Shown piece by piece: positions 17,387 to 28,788 of a DNA stretch of 64,000 bases (positions within the stretch are counted from its first letter, which is position 1; every line of letters begins with the position of its first letter). The stretch covers positions 75,433 through 139,432 of the forward strand of contig JAHEYN010000001.1 of the NCBI GenBank assembly GCA_023251555.1, given 5' to 3'. The position numbers and the translations under genes are program-made. Origin of the DNA: Bacteroidota bacterium. Lineage in GTDB: Bacteria; Bacteroidota; Bacteroidia; AKYH767-A; JAHEYN01. A model generated the notes under the pieces. That model ran no database searches. It was not told where the DNA came from and saw only the letters and a list, made by a program, of their open reading frames with translations.

Positions 17387-18472
17387 TTAGCTTTTTATAT
17401 AGAAAGGCATTTTCACCACCCTGGCTCTGAGCGCTTTATCGCGTACGGGGATAAATATTTCAGCACCTTCATGTGCAAAGGAAGAGTTTACATATCCCAT
17501 GCCAATGCCTTTCTGAAGGGTAGGGGACTGTGTCCCGGAAGTGGTTACCCCGATAGTGTTTCCCCCGCTGTCTTTTATTTCATAACCATGGCGCGGGATG
17601 CCCCTGTCAATCATTTCAAAGCCCACAAGTTTTTTTTCCGTTCCTTTTTCTTTCTGATTCTTTAATGCCTGGCAATTGGTGAAATCCTTTGTAAACTTTG
17701 TAATCCAGCCCAGGCCTGCTTCAATGGGAGAGGTGGTATCGTCAATATCATTTCCATAAAGGCAGAACCCCATTTCGAGGCGGAGGGTATCCCTGGCTCC
17801 GAGACCTATAGGCCTGATACCAAACTCCTCCCCGGCTTTCATGACAGCACTCCATATTTTTTCTGCATGTTCATTAGGGAAATAGATTTCAAATCCTCCT
17901 GAACCGGTATAGCCGGTGTTGGAAATTATTACTCCCTCAACACCAGAGAACACACCGCGCCTGAAGCAGTAGTATGGAATTTCCGCGAGATTGACAGGCG
18001 TAAGTTTCTGGAGTGTAGCCTGTGCCTTCGGGCCCTGCACTGCAAGAAGCGAGGTTTTGTCCGAAATATTTTTCATCTCCGCGCCCATGGTATTGAAGGA
18101 GGAAATCCATTGCCAGTCCTTTTCAATGTTGGATGCATTCACTACCAGCATGTATTCATCATGCGTAAGCTTATACACAATCAAATCATCTACAATCCCG
18201 CCCTGCTTGTTAGGGAGGCAGGAGTACTGGGCTTTTCCTTCGGAAAGCTTTGAGGCGTCATTAGAGGTGACTTTTTGTATGAGATCAAGGGCATGCGGGC
18301 CTTTTATTATAAATTCTCCCATGTGGGAAACATCAAAGATACCTGCGCTTTTCCTGACTGTTTCATGTTCGGCATTAATGCTGCTGTACAGAACAGGCAT
18401 ATTGTATCCGGCGAAGGAAACCATCTTGGCTCCAAGAGCTATGTGGGTTTGTGTTAAAGCAGTGTTTTTCAT
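17387..18472 (-). CDS. gcvT: Glycine cleavage system T protein (aminomethyltransferase).
   Basis: It has the N-terminal [37 protein letters not shown], and GcvT length and pattern throughout. Confidence 0.9.
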   Translation of the reverse strand: MKNTALTQTHIALGAKMVSFAGYNMPVLYSSINAEHETVRKSAGIFDVSHMGEFIIKGPHALDLIQKVTSNDASKLSEGKAQYSCLPNKQGGIVDDLIVYKLTHDEYMLVVNASNIEKDWQWISSFNTMGAEMKNISDKTSLLAVQGPKAQATLQKLTPVNLAEIPYYCFRRGVFSGVEGVIISNTGYTGSGGFEIYFPNEHAEKIWSAVMKAGEEFGIRPIGLGARDTLRLEMGFCLYGNDIDDTTSPIEAGLGWITKFTKDFTNCQALKNQKEKGTEKKLVGFEMIDRGIPRHGYEIKDSGGNTIGVTTSGTQSPTLQKGIGMGYVNSSFAHEGAEIFIPVRDKALRARVVKMPFYIKS

Positions 18473-18477
18473 AATAA

Positions 18478-19071
18478 TTATTTTTTCCGTCCTGTTTTTT
18501 GTACCCGGTTATTGCGGAGCTCATATTCTTCATGACTTTCAGGGCAGTATGCATAGCCATCCCTGTTAAAGTCAAGGCGGTGCCCGGATTCGCTCATCCA
18601 GCCTGTTTGGCGTGCAGGGTTGCCGACCACCAGTGCATAGGGAGGCACTTCCTTTGTTACCACGGCTCCTGCGCCTATGAACGCATATTCTCCTATATTA
18701 TGCCCGCACACAATAGTGGCGTTGGCTCCTATGCTTGCACCTTTTCTGACAAGCGTTTTTTCGTACTTGTCTCTTCTCACCACCGCGCTTCTCGGGTTGG
18801 TAATATTTGTAAAAACCATGGAAGGGCCGAGGAAAACATCATCTTCGCAGGTTACCCCGGTATAGATGGAAACATTGTTCTGTACCTTCACATTGTTGCC
18901 GAGTATTACGCCGGGGGATATCACCACGTTTTGTCCTATGTTACAGCGTTCTCCTATGGTGCATCCGGGCATCAGGTGAGAGAAGTGCCATATTTTTGAG
19001 TCTTTGCCGATGGTGCAGCCTTCATCAACCACCGCCGTCGGATGAGCAAAGTATTCCTGGTTTTTCTTCAT
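18478..19071 (-). CDS. Left-handed beta-helix (hexapeptide-repeat) sugar N-acetyltransferase (WbpD/WxcM-like). This is the first gene of the glycan locus.
   Basis: It has repeated [LIV]-G-x-x-x-x-I hexapeptides ([26 protein letters not shown]) and a 197-aa size typical of NDP-aminosugar acetyltransferases. Confidence 0.7.
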   Translation of the reverse strand: MKKNQEYFAHPTAVVDEGCTIGKDSKIWHFSHLMPGCTIGERCNIGQNVVISPGVILGNNVKVQNNVSIYTGVTCEDDVFLGPSMVFTNITNPRSAVVRRDKYEKTLVRKGASIGANATIVCGHNIGEYAFIGAGAVVTKEVPPYALVVGNPARQTGWMSESGHRLDFNRDGYAYCPESHEEYELRNNRVQKTGRKK

Positions 19072-20045
19072 GAGAAACGGTGTTCTTTTTTAAACAAGTC
19101 TTCCCGGGAGAGCTCTTTGAAGTAGTTGTATGTGATTTTCAGTCCTTCGGAGCGGGAAACCCGTGGTTCCCACCCGAGTATTTTTTTTGCTCTTGAAATA
19201 TCCGGCTGCCGTTGCCTGGGGTCGTCCTGAGGCAGGGGTTTGTATATTGCTTTTTGCTTTGTGCCTGTAAGCTTTATTATTTCTTCCGCAAACTGACTGA
19301 TAGTGATTTCATCCGGATTTCCCAGATTTACAGGCAAGGCGTAGTCGCTCATGAGCAGCCTGCAGATACCTTCCACGAGGTCATCCACGAAACAAAAAGA
19401 CCGTGTCTGGGAGCCATCCCCGAAAATGGTGAGATCTTCTCCCCTGAGTGCCTGTCCTATGAATGCGGGAAGTACCCGGCCGTCATTAAGGCGCATACGG
19501 GGGCCATAGGTGTTGAATATCCTGGCTATCCGTGTTTCGAGCTTATGGTATGTATGGTAAGCCATGGTAATCGCTTCCTGGAACCTTTTGGCTTCGTCAT
19601 AAACACCGCGCGGCCCGACAGGGTTCACGTTGCCCCAGTATTCTTCATTCTGGGGATGAACCAGCGGGTCGCCGTACACTTCGGAGGTGGAAGCGACAAG
19701 AATTCTTGCATTTTTTGCTTTGGCGAGGCCGAGAAGGTTATGTGTCCCTAGGGAACCTACTTTTAATGTTTGTATGGGTATTTTCAGGTAGTCAATGGGG
19801 CTTGCGGGGGAGGCGAAATGAAGAATGTAATGAAGATCGCCGGGGACGTGTACGAACTTCGTGATATCGTGGTGAAAAAATTCAAATGTTTCCAGGTGGA
19901 AAAGATGTTCCACGTTTTTCCGGTCGCCTGTGATGAGATTGTCCATCCCGATCACATGGAATCCTTCTTTTGTGAAGCGTTCGCAGAGATGGGAGCCGAG
20001 AAATCCGGCGGCCCCGGTAATAAGGATTTTTTTCTTTGCCGGCAT
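19068..20045 (-). CDS. UDP-glucuronate decarboxylase (UDP-xylose synthase) / NAD-dependent epimerase-dehydratase.
   Basis: It has [42 protein letters not shown] (a UXS signature) and a YxxxK motif. Confidence 0.8.
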   Translation of the reverse strand: MPAKKKILITGAAGFLGSHLCERFTKEGFHVIGMDNLITGDRKNVEHLFHLETFEFFHHDITKFVHVPGDLHYILHFASPASPIDYLKIPIQTLKVGSLGTHNLLGLAKAKNARILVASTSEVYGDPLVHPQNEEYWGNVNPVGPRGVYDEAKRFQEAITMAYHTYHKLETRIARIFNTYGPRMRLNDGRVLPAFIGQALRGEDLTIFGDGSQTRSFCFVDDLVEGICRLLMSDYALPVNLGNPDEITISQFAEEIIKLTGTKQKAIYKPLPQDDPRQRQPDISRAKKILGWEPRVSRSEGLKITYNYFKELSREDLFKKEHRFS

Positions 20046-20050
20046 GAGAT

Positions 20051-21373
20051 TCAGTTTTTGTTCGCAGCAGGGTTGTCACGGCCTATGCTGCTGTACAAGA
20101 AGCCCATCTCTTTCATGTGGGCAGGGTCATAGAGGTTTCTTCCGTCGAAAATAACTTTCTTCCGGAGGAGTTTTTCCACTTTCTCAAAGTCAGGTGTACG
20201 GAATTCAGGCCACTCGGTGGCAATGATGAGGGCATCGGCTCCTTTCAGGGCTTCGTATTCATTTTCAGCGTATTCAATCTTATCACCGAGGATGCGTTTG
20301 ACATTGGGTATGGCTTCGGGGTCAAAGGCGGAAACGGAGGCTCCGCCGGCAAGAAGAGATCTGATGATGTGCAGGGAGGGGGCTTCCCGGATGTCATCGG
20401 TATCAGGCTTGAAAGCGAGACCCCATACAGCGATCTTTTTCCCTTTAAGGTTTCCCGAAAAAAACTTCCTGATTCTTTCCGTAAACAGTTCTTTCTGTTG
20501 CGCGTTTACTGTCATTACGGATTTCAGAATGCGGAAATCATAATGGTATTCTTCTGCAGTTTTGACGAGGGCCTGCACGTCTTTCGGGAAGCAGCTGCCT
20601 CCGTATCCGATGCCGGCAAAGAGGAATCTTTTTCCTATTCTTTCATCTGATCCGATGCCGATGCGCACTTTGTCCACGTCTGCCCCCACGCGCTCGCAGA
20701 GGTTGGCGATCTCGTTCATGAAAGAAATTTTGGCTGCGAGGAAAGAGTTGGCTGCGTATTTGGTCAGTTCTGCAGAACGTTCGTCCATGAAATAGATAGG
20801 ATTTCCCTGACGGACAAAAGGAGCATAAAGTTCATTCATCAGCTTGTTCGCTTTTTCCGAGCTGCTTCCAACGATCACCCGGTCAGGCTTCATAAAATCA
20901 TCTACTGCAAAGCCTTCCCTGAGGAATTCCGGATTTGAAACCACATCAAAAGTACACCTGGCATTTTCAGCAACAGCCTTTTTTACTTTTTCGGCGGTGC
21001 CTACGGGGACAGTGCTTTTGTTTATAATTACTTTATAGCTGTTGATTATTTTTCCGAGCTGAGTAGCGACGCCAAGTATGTAGGAAAGATCCGCAGACCC
21101 GTCTTCTCCCGGGGGGGTTGGGAGTGCGAGGAATATGACGTTTGCTTCGCTTACGGCCTCTTCGATCCTGGTGGTAAAGTGTAGCCGCCCGAGTTTGATG
21201 TTGCGTTCAAACAATCCGCTGAGATGAGGTTCATAGATAGGGATCTGCCCGCTGCGAAGCTTTGATACTTTTTCCGCATCTATATCCACGCAGGTAACAT
21301 CATTACCGGTTTCAGCAAAGCAAGTTCCTGTAACCAGTCCTACATACCCGGTGCCCACTACGGCTATTTTCAT
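20051..21373 (-). CDS. ugd: UDP-glucose 6-dehydrogenase.
   Basis: It has [21 protein letters not shown], the catalytic GGSCFPKDV block, and a length of 440 aa. Confidence 0.85.
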   Translation of the reverse strand: MKIAVVGTGYVGLVTGTCFAETGNDVTCVDIDAEKVSKLRSGQIPIYEPHLSGLFERNIKLGRLHFTTRIEEAVSEANVIFLALPTPPGEDGSADLSYILGVATQLGKIINSYKVIINKSTVPVGTAEKVKKAVAENARCTFDVVSNPEFLREGFAVDDFMKPDRVIVGSSSEKANKLMNELYAPFVRQGNPIYFMDERSAELTKYAANSFLAAKISFMNEIANLCERVGADVDKVRIGIGSDERIGKRFLFAGIGYGGSCFPKDVQALVKTAEEYHYDFRILKSVMTVNAQQKELFTERIRKFFSGNLKGKKIAVWGLAFKPDTDDIREAPSLHIIRSLLAGGASVSAFDPEAIPNVKRILGDKIEYAENEYEALKGADALIIATEWPEFRTPDFEKVEKLLRKKVIFDGRNLYDPAHMKEMGFLYSSIGRDNPAANKN

Positions 21374-21375
21374 AA

Positions 21376-22521
21376 TCAGTGTGTAAAATATTTAAGGACA
21401 GAGGAAGTGATATATTCAAGGGTGTTCCCGTCCAGCTCGGTATGCATGGGGAGGGAGAGCACGGAAGAACATAAATTTTCTGTTACGGGGAAATCCCCCT
21501 GCTTATACCGTTTGTTCTGATAGGCCTTCTGAAGATGGAGGGGAACAGGGTAGTAAATCATAGAAGGGATTTCCATGGATTTCAGGTAATCCCTCAGGCC
21601 GTCGCGCCTGTTATCCTGTATTTGTAATGTATACTGGTGAAATACATGCGTTGATTGCGGATTCCGGACCGGTATTTTTATTATTTCCGGATGGCCGGAA
21701 AAGGCTTTGTCATAGCAGTCGGCGGCACGGTTTCTTGCTCCGGCGTATTCGTCGAGGTGTTTTAATTTAACCCTGAGGACGGCGGCCTGGAGGCTGTCGA
21801 GCCGGGAATTTACACCAATCTCGTCATGGTAATACTGTACAGCCTGACCATGGTTGCATATCATTTTTATTTTACCGGCGAGGCCGGCATCGCGGGTAAA
21901 AAGAGCGCCCCCGTCGCCGAAGCACCCCAGGTTTTTGGAAGGAAAAAAGGAAGTGCAGCCTATGGTTCCTATGGTTCCTGCTTTTTGTCTTTGTCCACCG
22001 GCAAAGATGTAATCTGCGCCTATAGCCTGGGCAGTGTCCTCAATGACATAAAGGTTATGGCGGCGTGCAATATTCATAATCTCTTCCATATCCGCGCATT
22101 GCCCGAAGAGATGAACGGGAACGATTGCTTTTGTATTGGGGGTAATGGCTTTTTCGATTGCCCCGGGCGAAATGGTAAAAGTGCCTGGGTTCACATCCAC
22201 AAGCACCGGTGTTAGTTTGAGCAGGGCTATCACTTCGGCAGTAGCGGCATAGGTGAAGTCAGCGGTGATTACTTCATCTCCCGGCTGCAGGCCGAGAGCC
22301 ATCATAGCCACCTGCAGGGCATCAGTGCCGTTGGCGCAGGGAATCACATGGATTCCTCCAAGGTAATACTCAAGCTCAGACTGGAAAGCCTTTACTTCGG
22401 GTCCGTTGATAAATGCGGCGGAGGCGATAACTCTGCCAAGGGCCTGATCGACCTCCGGCTTTATCTTCTCATACTGCCCTGTAAGGTCAACCATTTGTAT
22501 TTTCCGGAGCACTTTTTCCAT
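21376..22521 (-). CDS. DegT/DnrJ/EryC1/StrS-family PLP-dependent sugar aminotransferase.
   Basis: It has the DegT-type fold blocks (…GTDALQVAMMALGLQPGDEVI…, …SFFPSKNLG…) and a length of 381 aa. Confidence 0.8.
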   Translation of the reverse strand: MEKVLRKIQMVDLTGQYEKIKPEVDQALGRVIASAAFINGPEVKAFQSELEYYLGGIHVIPCANGTDALQVAMMALGLQPGDEVITADFTYAATAEVIALLKLTPVLVDVNPGTFTISPGAIEKAITPNTKAIVPVHLFGQCADMEEIMNIARRHNLYVIEDTAQAIGADYIFAGGQRQKAGTIGTIGCTSFFPSKNLGCFGDGGALFTRDAGLAGKIKMICNHGQAVQYYHDEIGVNSRLDSLQAAVLRVKLKHLDEYAGARNRAADCYDKAFSGHPEIIKIPVRNPQSTHVFHQYTLQIQDNRRDGLRDYLKSMEIPSMIYYPVPLHLQKAYQNKRYKQGDFPVTENLCSSVLSLPMHTELDGNTLEYITSSVLKYFTH

Positions 22522-22624
22522 GCCTGAATTTTGAACTGCGAATATAATGAATTTTGGGTGAGGGCAGGCGGTTTTACCCTAACTTCAGGCGGGAAGGGAT
22601 ATGGATGAAAAGAAGAAAGCTATA

Positions 22625-24448
22625 TCATGAAAAAATTCTGAAAAGGGGGGAAAGCAGCTTGTTGAGCAGGTAGTCGTTTGATTTTCCGTCAATGGCGATG
22701 ACTGTTTGCCCATTCCATTCAATGGTATGCAGGTGGTGGCCGCCGGTGTTATTCCAATATTTGTTTCTCCTGAGTATATCATGCTCTGCCGGCTCTTCCC
22801 TGTATGAGAACGGAGAAATCTCCTTCACCTGCATAAGATGCAGTTTTTTGCCGTAGCTTTCCGAGCAATCCTGTACCGGCCTGAAGAGGCGGCCTTCGTG
22901 CATAAAGAGTACGCCTCCCGGCTGGGCATATTTCTTATTATCAGTAAGCGGACTGGATGGATGTTCTTTCCACCCTTCTGTCAGAGAAGGGGAGAAGAAG
23001 AGGCGAAGGTAACCACTGGAATCCATGGTGAAGAGATACCATGTTCCTTCGTGGAAAAAGGGAGAAGGATCAATGAAGTCTCCTTCAATAATACGTTTCA
23101 CAAAAGTCCATTTCAGGATGTTTCCCGATGCTTTGTATAAGCGTATGGATGCATCGTCGAGTGTTTCGGGAATCATATAGATGTCCTCTCCGTGTTTAAA
23201 TACATAAGGATAGGAGAGGTGAAAATTTTCTTCAAGGACTATCCCGTGGGAGTTCCAGCTGAGGAGATCCCGGGTGCTGTGTGCGGTTATTTTTCCTATC
23301 CCGCCGTCCATCTGCTGCTCGGAGAACATGTACAGGATCTCACCGTTTGCAAAGAGAAACGGGTCTGCAATGATGTGAGGATGTTTTTTTCCCGTCCTGA
23401 TTTTTTTTGAGGAAAACAGGGCAACGGGCTTTGTTAATGACTGCCCGGGAACATAAGATTTTTTTTGTCTGAAAACTGCTGCTGACCATATTGAGCTCCT
23501 CCTGAATTTGCTCATGAGCTTATTAAGTATTCTTGAAAGAAATGAAAACGGATAACGGAAAAGCAGTAACAGCAGTATTTCCCGGTTGAGGCCGGTTCTT
23601 CCTGCCAGTGCATCCCTGTAAAATAATTTATCATAGGTCAGGTAAAATTTTATTTTTCCTGCCATCCCGGTGAGGGGTTTGAAATCTATGCGGAAGAAAA
23701 GGCTATTGTCGTCATGCTTTGGATCACTGCCCATTGCCGAAAACAGTGCGCTGTATATGCGCGTGCTGTCCTCCTGAAATTTTGCGAGGTCTCTGACCGA
23801 CTTTGCATCATCATGCATCAGCACGCAGGCGAGGGTATCGTCAACATATTTCACACCTTCATAACCATACCTGCATATATATTTCAGCCAGGTGTACTGA
23901 TCCATCATAAAGTGAAGACTCTCATCAAGAGGCGTAAGTTCTTCGAAAATTTTTTTTCTGAAGAAAGTGGCCGGCTGCACAAAAATTTCGAGACCGAGTG
24001 CCCTGGGGATATTTGCAGGTCCGGGGGTTCTTTTCCGGTAGCGGGTTCCTTTAAAAGTCAGGTAGTTGGCATAGCCGCACACGATATTCGTTCCGGGATC
24101 TTTAAAGGCTTCTGCAAGCTTAAACAGTGCTTTATAGCCAAGCTTGTCATCGGAATTGAGCCAGTTGATGATATCGCCGGAAGCATGACTTAATCCTTTG
24201 TTGATCGCGTGGCTCTGCCCCCTGTCGGATTCGCTGATCCAGAAAGAAATATGCTGCTCATATTTCCTGATGATGTCAATGGTATTGTCGGTACTTCCTC
24301 CGTCGATAATTATAAATTCAAGATTGGGATATCCCTGCCCGATAACCGAAAGAATGGTACGCTCAATATATTTCCCCTGGTTGAAGGAGGGCGTGATGAC
24401 AGATATTTTGGGGAGAGATTCCAAAAGGGCTGTGTTATCGGGAATCAT
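22625..24448 (-). CDS. Two-domain protein with an N-terminal family-2 glycosyltransferase fused to a C-terminal beta-propeller (GH32/43-like blade) domain.
   Basis: The GT2 blocks are ISVITPSFNQGKYIERTILSV…IIIDGGSTD…NSDD. The C-terminal ~270 aa have DP…F..G…Y and SYPYVF…G.YMIPE blade-like motifs. Confidence 0.6.
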   Translation of the reverse strand: MIPDNTALLESLPKISVITPSFNQGKYIERTILSVIGQGYPNLEFIIIDGGSTDNTIDIIRKYEQHISFWISESDRGQSHAINKGLSHASGDIINWLNSDDKLGYKALFKLAEAFKDPGTNIVCGYANYLTFKGTRYRKRTPGPANIPRALGLEIFVQPATFFRKKIFEELTPLDESLHFMMDQYTWLKYICRYGYEGVKYVDDTLACVLMHDDAKSVRDLAKFQEDSTRIYSALFSAMGSDPKHDDNSLFFRIDFKPLTGMAGKIKFYLTYDKLFYRDALAGRTGLNREILLLLLFRYPFSFLSRILNKLMSKFRRSSIWSAAVFRQKKSYVPGQSLTKPVALFSSKKIRTGKKHPHIIADPFLFANGEILYMFSEQQMDGGIGKITAHSTRDLLSWNSHGIVLEENFHLSYPYVFKHGEDIYMIPETLDDASIRLYKASGNILKWTFVKRIIEGDFIDPSPFFHEGTWYLFTMDSSGYLRLFFSPSLTEGWKEHPSSPLTDNKKYAQPGGVLFMHEGRLFRPVQDCSESYGKKLHLMQVKEISPFSYREEPAEHDILRRNKYWNNTGGHHLHTIEWNGQTVIAIDGKSNDYLLNKLLSPLFRIFS

Positions 24449-25560
24449 ACCTGGTTGTTTTTTTTATTAAAAGCATAGTTGAAGGAAGCGCTGTTGACAG
24501 TGCTGTATTTTTCTTTGATGGAGAGAAAGCGTTTCTCGAAAACTTCGTATGAGATGTATGCAATAATGACAGTGGCTGCGGGTACGCCGGAATATACAAG
24601 CAGCTGTATAGAAAAAGGTGATAAGAAATTATTAAAAGAGGAGAATATTTTTGAAAGGAGGAAAAGAATTAATGGGTGGTAAACATATATCCCGAACGAA
24701 ATTTTTCCGAGGAAATCAAAAGGCCTGGTGTTAAGGTTAAGAATGCTTTTTTTATTTGATGAGACATTGATGATGAGCAGTATTGTTAATACAGCAATGA
24801 TCTCATGGTCAATTACAGAAGCGATATGAAACCGGTTGAGGGCCATAAGCGTGATTGTAACCCAGCAAACAGCCTGGGTAATAACTGAACAGGCAAGAGT
24901 TAACAGCAATTTGTTTCCCGAATGAAACAGCACGGCCCCCAATGCACCTATGGCCATACAGTCAAAACGGCTGACATGAGCAAGGAGATAGGGCTTATGA
25001 AAGTCTGTAGCAGAGTCAAGTATGCGAAACAAAAATCTTGCAATGAGAAATGCGGATATAAATAAGACGAGCGTACGCAATATGTTTTTTGACTTGCTTA
25101 CTATCCATGGCCAGAAGAGATAAAATTGCTCTTCTACTCCTAATGACCAGTAATGATCAAGGAAGGGGAGGGGGGTGTAAAAAACATAAGGAATATTGGC
25201 AGATAAAAGCAGGTAAAAAACAAGGCTTGTAGCGGAAATGTTTTTCTGATAAAGAAAAGCACAAATCAAGGCCATGAAAAAATAAAAAAAATACAATGGC
25301 CAGATTCTGAGTATGCGTCTGATATAAAAATTTTTTACATTGATATTTCCGGATTTGTTTTTTTCTATTATTAAAAGGTAGGTGATCAGGAATCCGCTGA
25401 GGGAGAAAAAGATGGTTACACCGAACCCGGCCAGGTCGAGGCTTTTCCCTTTTGGCAAACCGAAAGATTCCAGCCCCAGTTCAATATGAGAAAAGACAAC
25501 TGCGAGGGCTGCTATTGCCCGGAGCCCGTTAAGCCCGGCAAGATGTACCCGGCTGTTCAC
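24445..25560 (-). CDS. Acyltransferase family 3 (integral membrane O-acyltransferase).
   Basis: It has LNGLRAIAALAVVFSHI and about 10 hydrophobic helices over 371 aa. Confidence 0.7.
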   Translation of the reverse strand: MNSRVHLAGLNGLRAIAALAVVFSHIELGLESFGLPKGKSLDLAGFGVTIFFSLSGFLITYLLIIEKNKSGNINVKNFYIRRILRIWPLYFFYFFMALICAFLYQKNISATSLVFYLLLSANIPYVFYTPLPFLDHYWSLGVEEQFYLFWPWIVSKSKNILRTLVLFISAFLIARFLFRILDSATDFHKPYLLAHVSRFDCMAIGALGAVLFHSGNKLLLTLACSVITQAVCWVTITLMALNRFHIASVIDHEIIAVLTILLIINVSSNKKSILNLNTRPFDFLGKISFGIYVYHPLILFLLSKIFSSFNNFLSPFSIQLLVYSGVPAATVIIAYISYEVFEKRFLSIKEKYSTVNSASFNYAFNKKNNQV

Positions 25561-25632
25561 GTTATGGTAATAAAATTATAATAGCTAAAAGTAGTAAATA
25601 TTCGACTGCTTCACGGTTTGGTTATGGGTTAT

Positions 25633-26850
25633 TTATTTTTTCAGGATAACTTCCCCATAGAGGTTTTCGTAGGCAGCATACATTGTACGTACATCGTATC
25701 TTGTTTTTACAGTCACGGATGCTTTTTCACCGGTCTTTCTTGCCTCATGTAAATTCTCAAGGCTGGCTTTAGTTATATTTATTGCTTCTTCCGGGTTATC
25801 CGGATTAAAGAGTATGCCATTCCCATCCTGTAGCTGTTCGGTGATCCCGCCTACAGATGAGCCGATAACACAGACTCCGCAGCTCATAGCAGCGAGCACT
25901 GTCAGCGGAAAATTTTCGGCCCGTGAGGAGAAAAAGAGAAAATCAATTTCATTAAACAGATTACACAGGTCGGTTTTATTATTCATATAAGCATGATACA
26001 CCGCCTTTTTCGAGTTGGGTTTTGTCCGCAGCGGAGGGCCGATTATATGCAAATCAAAATCGCCCTTTATCCGGGAAAACACAAAATCGAGAATATCGGA
26101 TCCTTTAAAGGGGCTGTCAGAATTGATTATAAGTACTCTGGGAGTTTCCCACCTTCTCCCGTGTTTATTGATGAATGCTGAACTGTCAATGCATTCATGA
26201 ATCATTTTCACGTTCATGGAGTGATCATAGACGGATGAAGCGGTTAAACATTCCCTGAGCCAGTTTGATCCGGGCACGAAAACGATATTCCGGGAGATTG
26301 ATTTGTATATCTTTTTTTTCTTTTCTATGTAGTGCTGTCTCCGGTCAATTAAAGGATTGTAAAGGGGATAGGCATAGTCATAGGGGGTTGTCCCGATTCC
26401 CTTCCGGTAGTTTTCATCGCCAAATGTAAAAGCTTCTCCTCCCGTGAGCGCCCACATGTCATGAAGTGACCATACAATGGGTTTTTCTGCAGCAATGTCA
26501 ATCAGCGCATCCAGGTCGAAGTACCCTCCATGTATGTTATGAAGGTGGATAATTCCGGCCTCCCGGTAGGCCTTCATTTCTCTCAGCTTACGCACTGTGA
26601 AATTAAACTCTTCTCCAAGAGAAAATATTTGCCGGAGAGTCTTTTTTATGCCTGCCTTCCAGAGCACTTTATCCGCTAAAGAAAGGCTTTGATCCAGCAG
26701 TGAGGAGGGGAGTTCGATGACTTTTTCAGAAGAGGTTCTTCTGGATTTCACCAGCAACCTGCAATCCATTCCGGAAAAGTGTACAAAATCGTACGAAAAT
26801 TGTTCAGCGCCCCCACCGCTATCGTAGGTATTTACATGTAAAATCTTCAT
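25633..26850 (-). CDS. Glycosyltransferase family 4 (GT-B, group 1).
   Basis: It has a C-terminal E-x7-E-type block (FFSSRAENFPLTVLAAMSCGVCVIGSSVGGITEQL). Confidence 0.7.
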   Translation of the reverse strand: MKILHVNTYDSGGGAEQFSYDFVHFSGMDCRLLVKSRRTSSEKVIELPSSLLDQSLSLADKVLWKAGIKKTLRQIFSLGEEFNFTVRKLREMKAYREAGIIHLHNIHGGYFDLDALIDIAAEKPIVWSLHDMWALTGGEAFTFGDENYRKGIGTTPYDYAYPLYNPLIDRRQHYIEKKKKIYKSISRNIVFVPGSNWLRECLTASSVYDHSMNVKMIHECIDSSAFINKHGRRWETPRVLIINSDSPFKGSDILDFVFSRIKGDFDLHIIGPPLRTKPNSKKAVYHAYMNNKTDLCNLFNEIDFLFFSSRAENFPLTVLAAMSCGVCVIGSSVGGITEQLQDGNGILFNPDNPEEAINITKASLENLHEARKTGEKASVTVKTRYDVRTMYAAYENLYGEVILKK

Positions 26851-27809
26851 TTCCCCGAATACTCTTCCAGAATTCTTTTTTGCTCTTTCACCCAGTCTCT
26901 GAATCTGTATCCATACGAATAGCGGGTCATCTGTTCTATTGCTGAGGAATCAAAAATGGTATCTCCCGATTCTGTTTCCAGGGACAGCGGCGGCCAGGGG
27001 CTATGTATCACCCTGACCCCGTAAATGCGGGCAATGGCTTTTGCGACATTTGAAATACTCAGTGTGTCGGGTCCCCCGATGTTCAGAATCCGGTTTCTCG
27101 ATTTGCCGGACAGAATGGCGCTAAGAAGTATATTTATTAAGTCTTCAATATGAATAAAAGATCTTTTTTGCAGTCCGCTGCCAAAAATTACAATGTCTTT
27201 CTTTTCCGCTGCCTGTGATAAAAAATGTCCAAGTGTCCCATACGAGGTTTTCCCGTCTATTTTATTCCCATACGGGACACAGATCCTGAAGATTGAATAA
27301 GTCATCCCGAAACAGTTATGATAAATATGAAGGATGTTTTCGCAGAAAAATTTATTCAGGGAATATATTGTCTTGAAGGCCAGTTCCCCATCCTCTCTGA
27401 CAGGAATATTCTTTTTCCCTTTGTAAACAAGTCTTGTAGACGGGAAGATGATACGGGACTTACTTTTTGTCTTTCTCATTGCAGAAAGTATATTCAGAAG
27501 TCCTTTCTCGTTTACATCAATAAAGTCGGCATATTTTTCAAATCCGGCAGTAGTTCCTGTAAGTCCCGAGAAAACAAAAGTATAGTCAGACCGGAAATTT
27601 ATTTTCTCAACGGAAGCCGGTTCTCTGATATCAACGGAGGCGTAATGTTCGTGGTGGTCAATAGAATTTTGCTGAAGATCATACAGAAAGCATTTGCACT
27701 CTAAGGCTTTTAATGTACTGACAATGTGCCTTGCAATGTAGCTGTTGGCGCCGATAACAGTGAATGACTTTCCTTTTAACTTTCTTCGGACGGAGGGCGT
27801 AAGCATCAT
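26847..27809 (-). CDS. NAD(P)-dependent epimerase/dehydratase (SDR) family protein. It is a candidate NDP-sugar 4-ketoreductase or epimerase.
   Basis: It has an N-terminal Rossmann block (FTVIGANSYIARHIV) and a YxxxK motif. It overlaps its neighbour by 4 nt. Confidence 0.6.
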   Translation of the reverse strand: MMLTPSVRRKLKGKSFTVIGANSYIARHIVSTLKALECKCFLYDLQQNSIDHHEHYASVDIREPASVEKINFRSDYTFVFSGLTGTTAGFEKYADFIDVNEKGLLNILSAMRKTKSKSRIIFPSTRLVYKGKKNIPVREDGELAFKTIYSLNKFFCENILHIYHNCFGMTYSIFRICVPYGNKIDGKTSYGTLGHFLSQAAEKKDIVIFGSGLQKRSFIHIEDLINILLSAILSGKSRNRILNIGGPDTLSISNVAKAIARIYGVRVIHSPWPPLSLETESGDTIFDSSAIEQMTRYSYGYRFRDWVKEQKRILEEYSGK

Positions 27810-27810
27810 G

Positions 27811-28788
27811 TCATTTTTTTAACACCTTCTCGTACAGGCCTGAGATGATTTTCATCCTGTTTATTATTTCTTCGCCCTGGTTGATTTTGCCTGCTTGTCC
27901 AGGTTGATTGACTTTAAGTGCAAAATCATCAAGCATGAGCTCAAACTGGTTAGCTGCTTCAATGGGAATCAGCTTCCTTTCATTTTGTTTTATGACTACA
28001 ATGTCTCCCTGTTCTTGGGGAGGTCTTGAAAAGACCCGTTCGGCGGACAGGTATCCGCTGCTGCCCCAAAGGCAATAGCTGTTCCTGTACATAAGCCCGA
28101 ACCCGTATACAATGTGAGCGGTGATATCGCCTAAGACAAGCTGAATGGCACCCCGCTCATCAATACCCATCCTGGAATTATATTGTATAGCCGGGAATAT
28201 CCCGGACGGGGTGCTGCCTGTAATATTCATGCAAAAGCTCAGGGGGTATATCAGGTTGTCGAGAATGGCACCCCCGCCCAGTTCCGGTTTATTCCTGATA
28301 TCTTCTGCCGGCGGGTAAGGGAATCCAAAATAAGCATCAATATGCCTGAGGTTGCCAATTTCATTACTGTTTACAAGGGAGTGTACTTTTTTGTAAAGAG
28401 GATGATAAATGTAGACCAGGGCTTCCATTGCGACGAGTTTTTTTGCGGCCGCCAGGTCAATTAAATGTTGTGTTGTTTTGAGGCTGTGGGTAAAAGGTTT
28501 TTCCATCAGCAGGTGCTTTCCGGCATTTAATACCTTAAGCCCCCATTCATAGTGAAGGGCTGCGGGAAGAGACACGTAAACCGCAGTTACTTCCGGGTCA
28601 TCAAGGAGGTTCTCATAGGTTCCGGGTTTGCAGGAGTATTTCCGTGAAAACTCAAGGGCCTTTTCCGGGCTTCTTGAAGCTACGCATGCAAGTTCCAGTT
28701 TTTTGCTGTTGCATATCGCAGGCAACACCAGCCTGTCTGCTATAGAGCTGCATCCCAGGACACCTATTTTTATTTTATTGTTATTCAT
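27811..28788 (-). CDS. Gfo/Idh/MocA-family oxidoreductase, possibly an NDP-hexose 3-ketoreductase acting with the adjacent 2,3-dehydratase.
   Basis: It has KIGVLGCSSIADRLVLPA…LLMEKP, the classic Gfo/Idh/MocA N-terminus. The ketoreductase role is an inference from gene context. Confidence 0.7.
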   Translation of the reverse strand: MNNNKIKIGVLGCSSIADRLVLPAICNSKKLELACVASRSPEKALEFSRKYSCKPGTYENLLDDPEVTAVYVSLPAALHYEWGLKVLNAGKHLLMEKPFTHSLKTTQHLIDLAAAKKLVAMEALVYIYHPLYKKVHSLVNSNEIGNLRHIDAYFGFPYPPAEDIRNKPELGGGAILDNLIYPLSFCMNITGSTPSGIFPAIQYNSRMGIDERGAIQLVLGDITAHIVYGFGLMYRNSYCLWGSSGYLSAERVFSRPPQEQGDIVVIKQNERKLIPIEAANQFELMLDDFALKVNQPGQAGKINQGEEIINRMKIISGLYEKVLKK

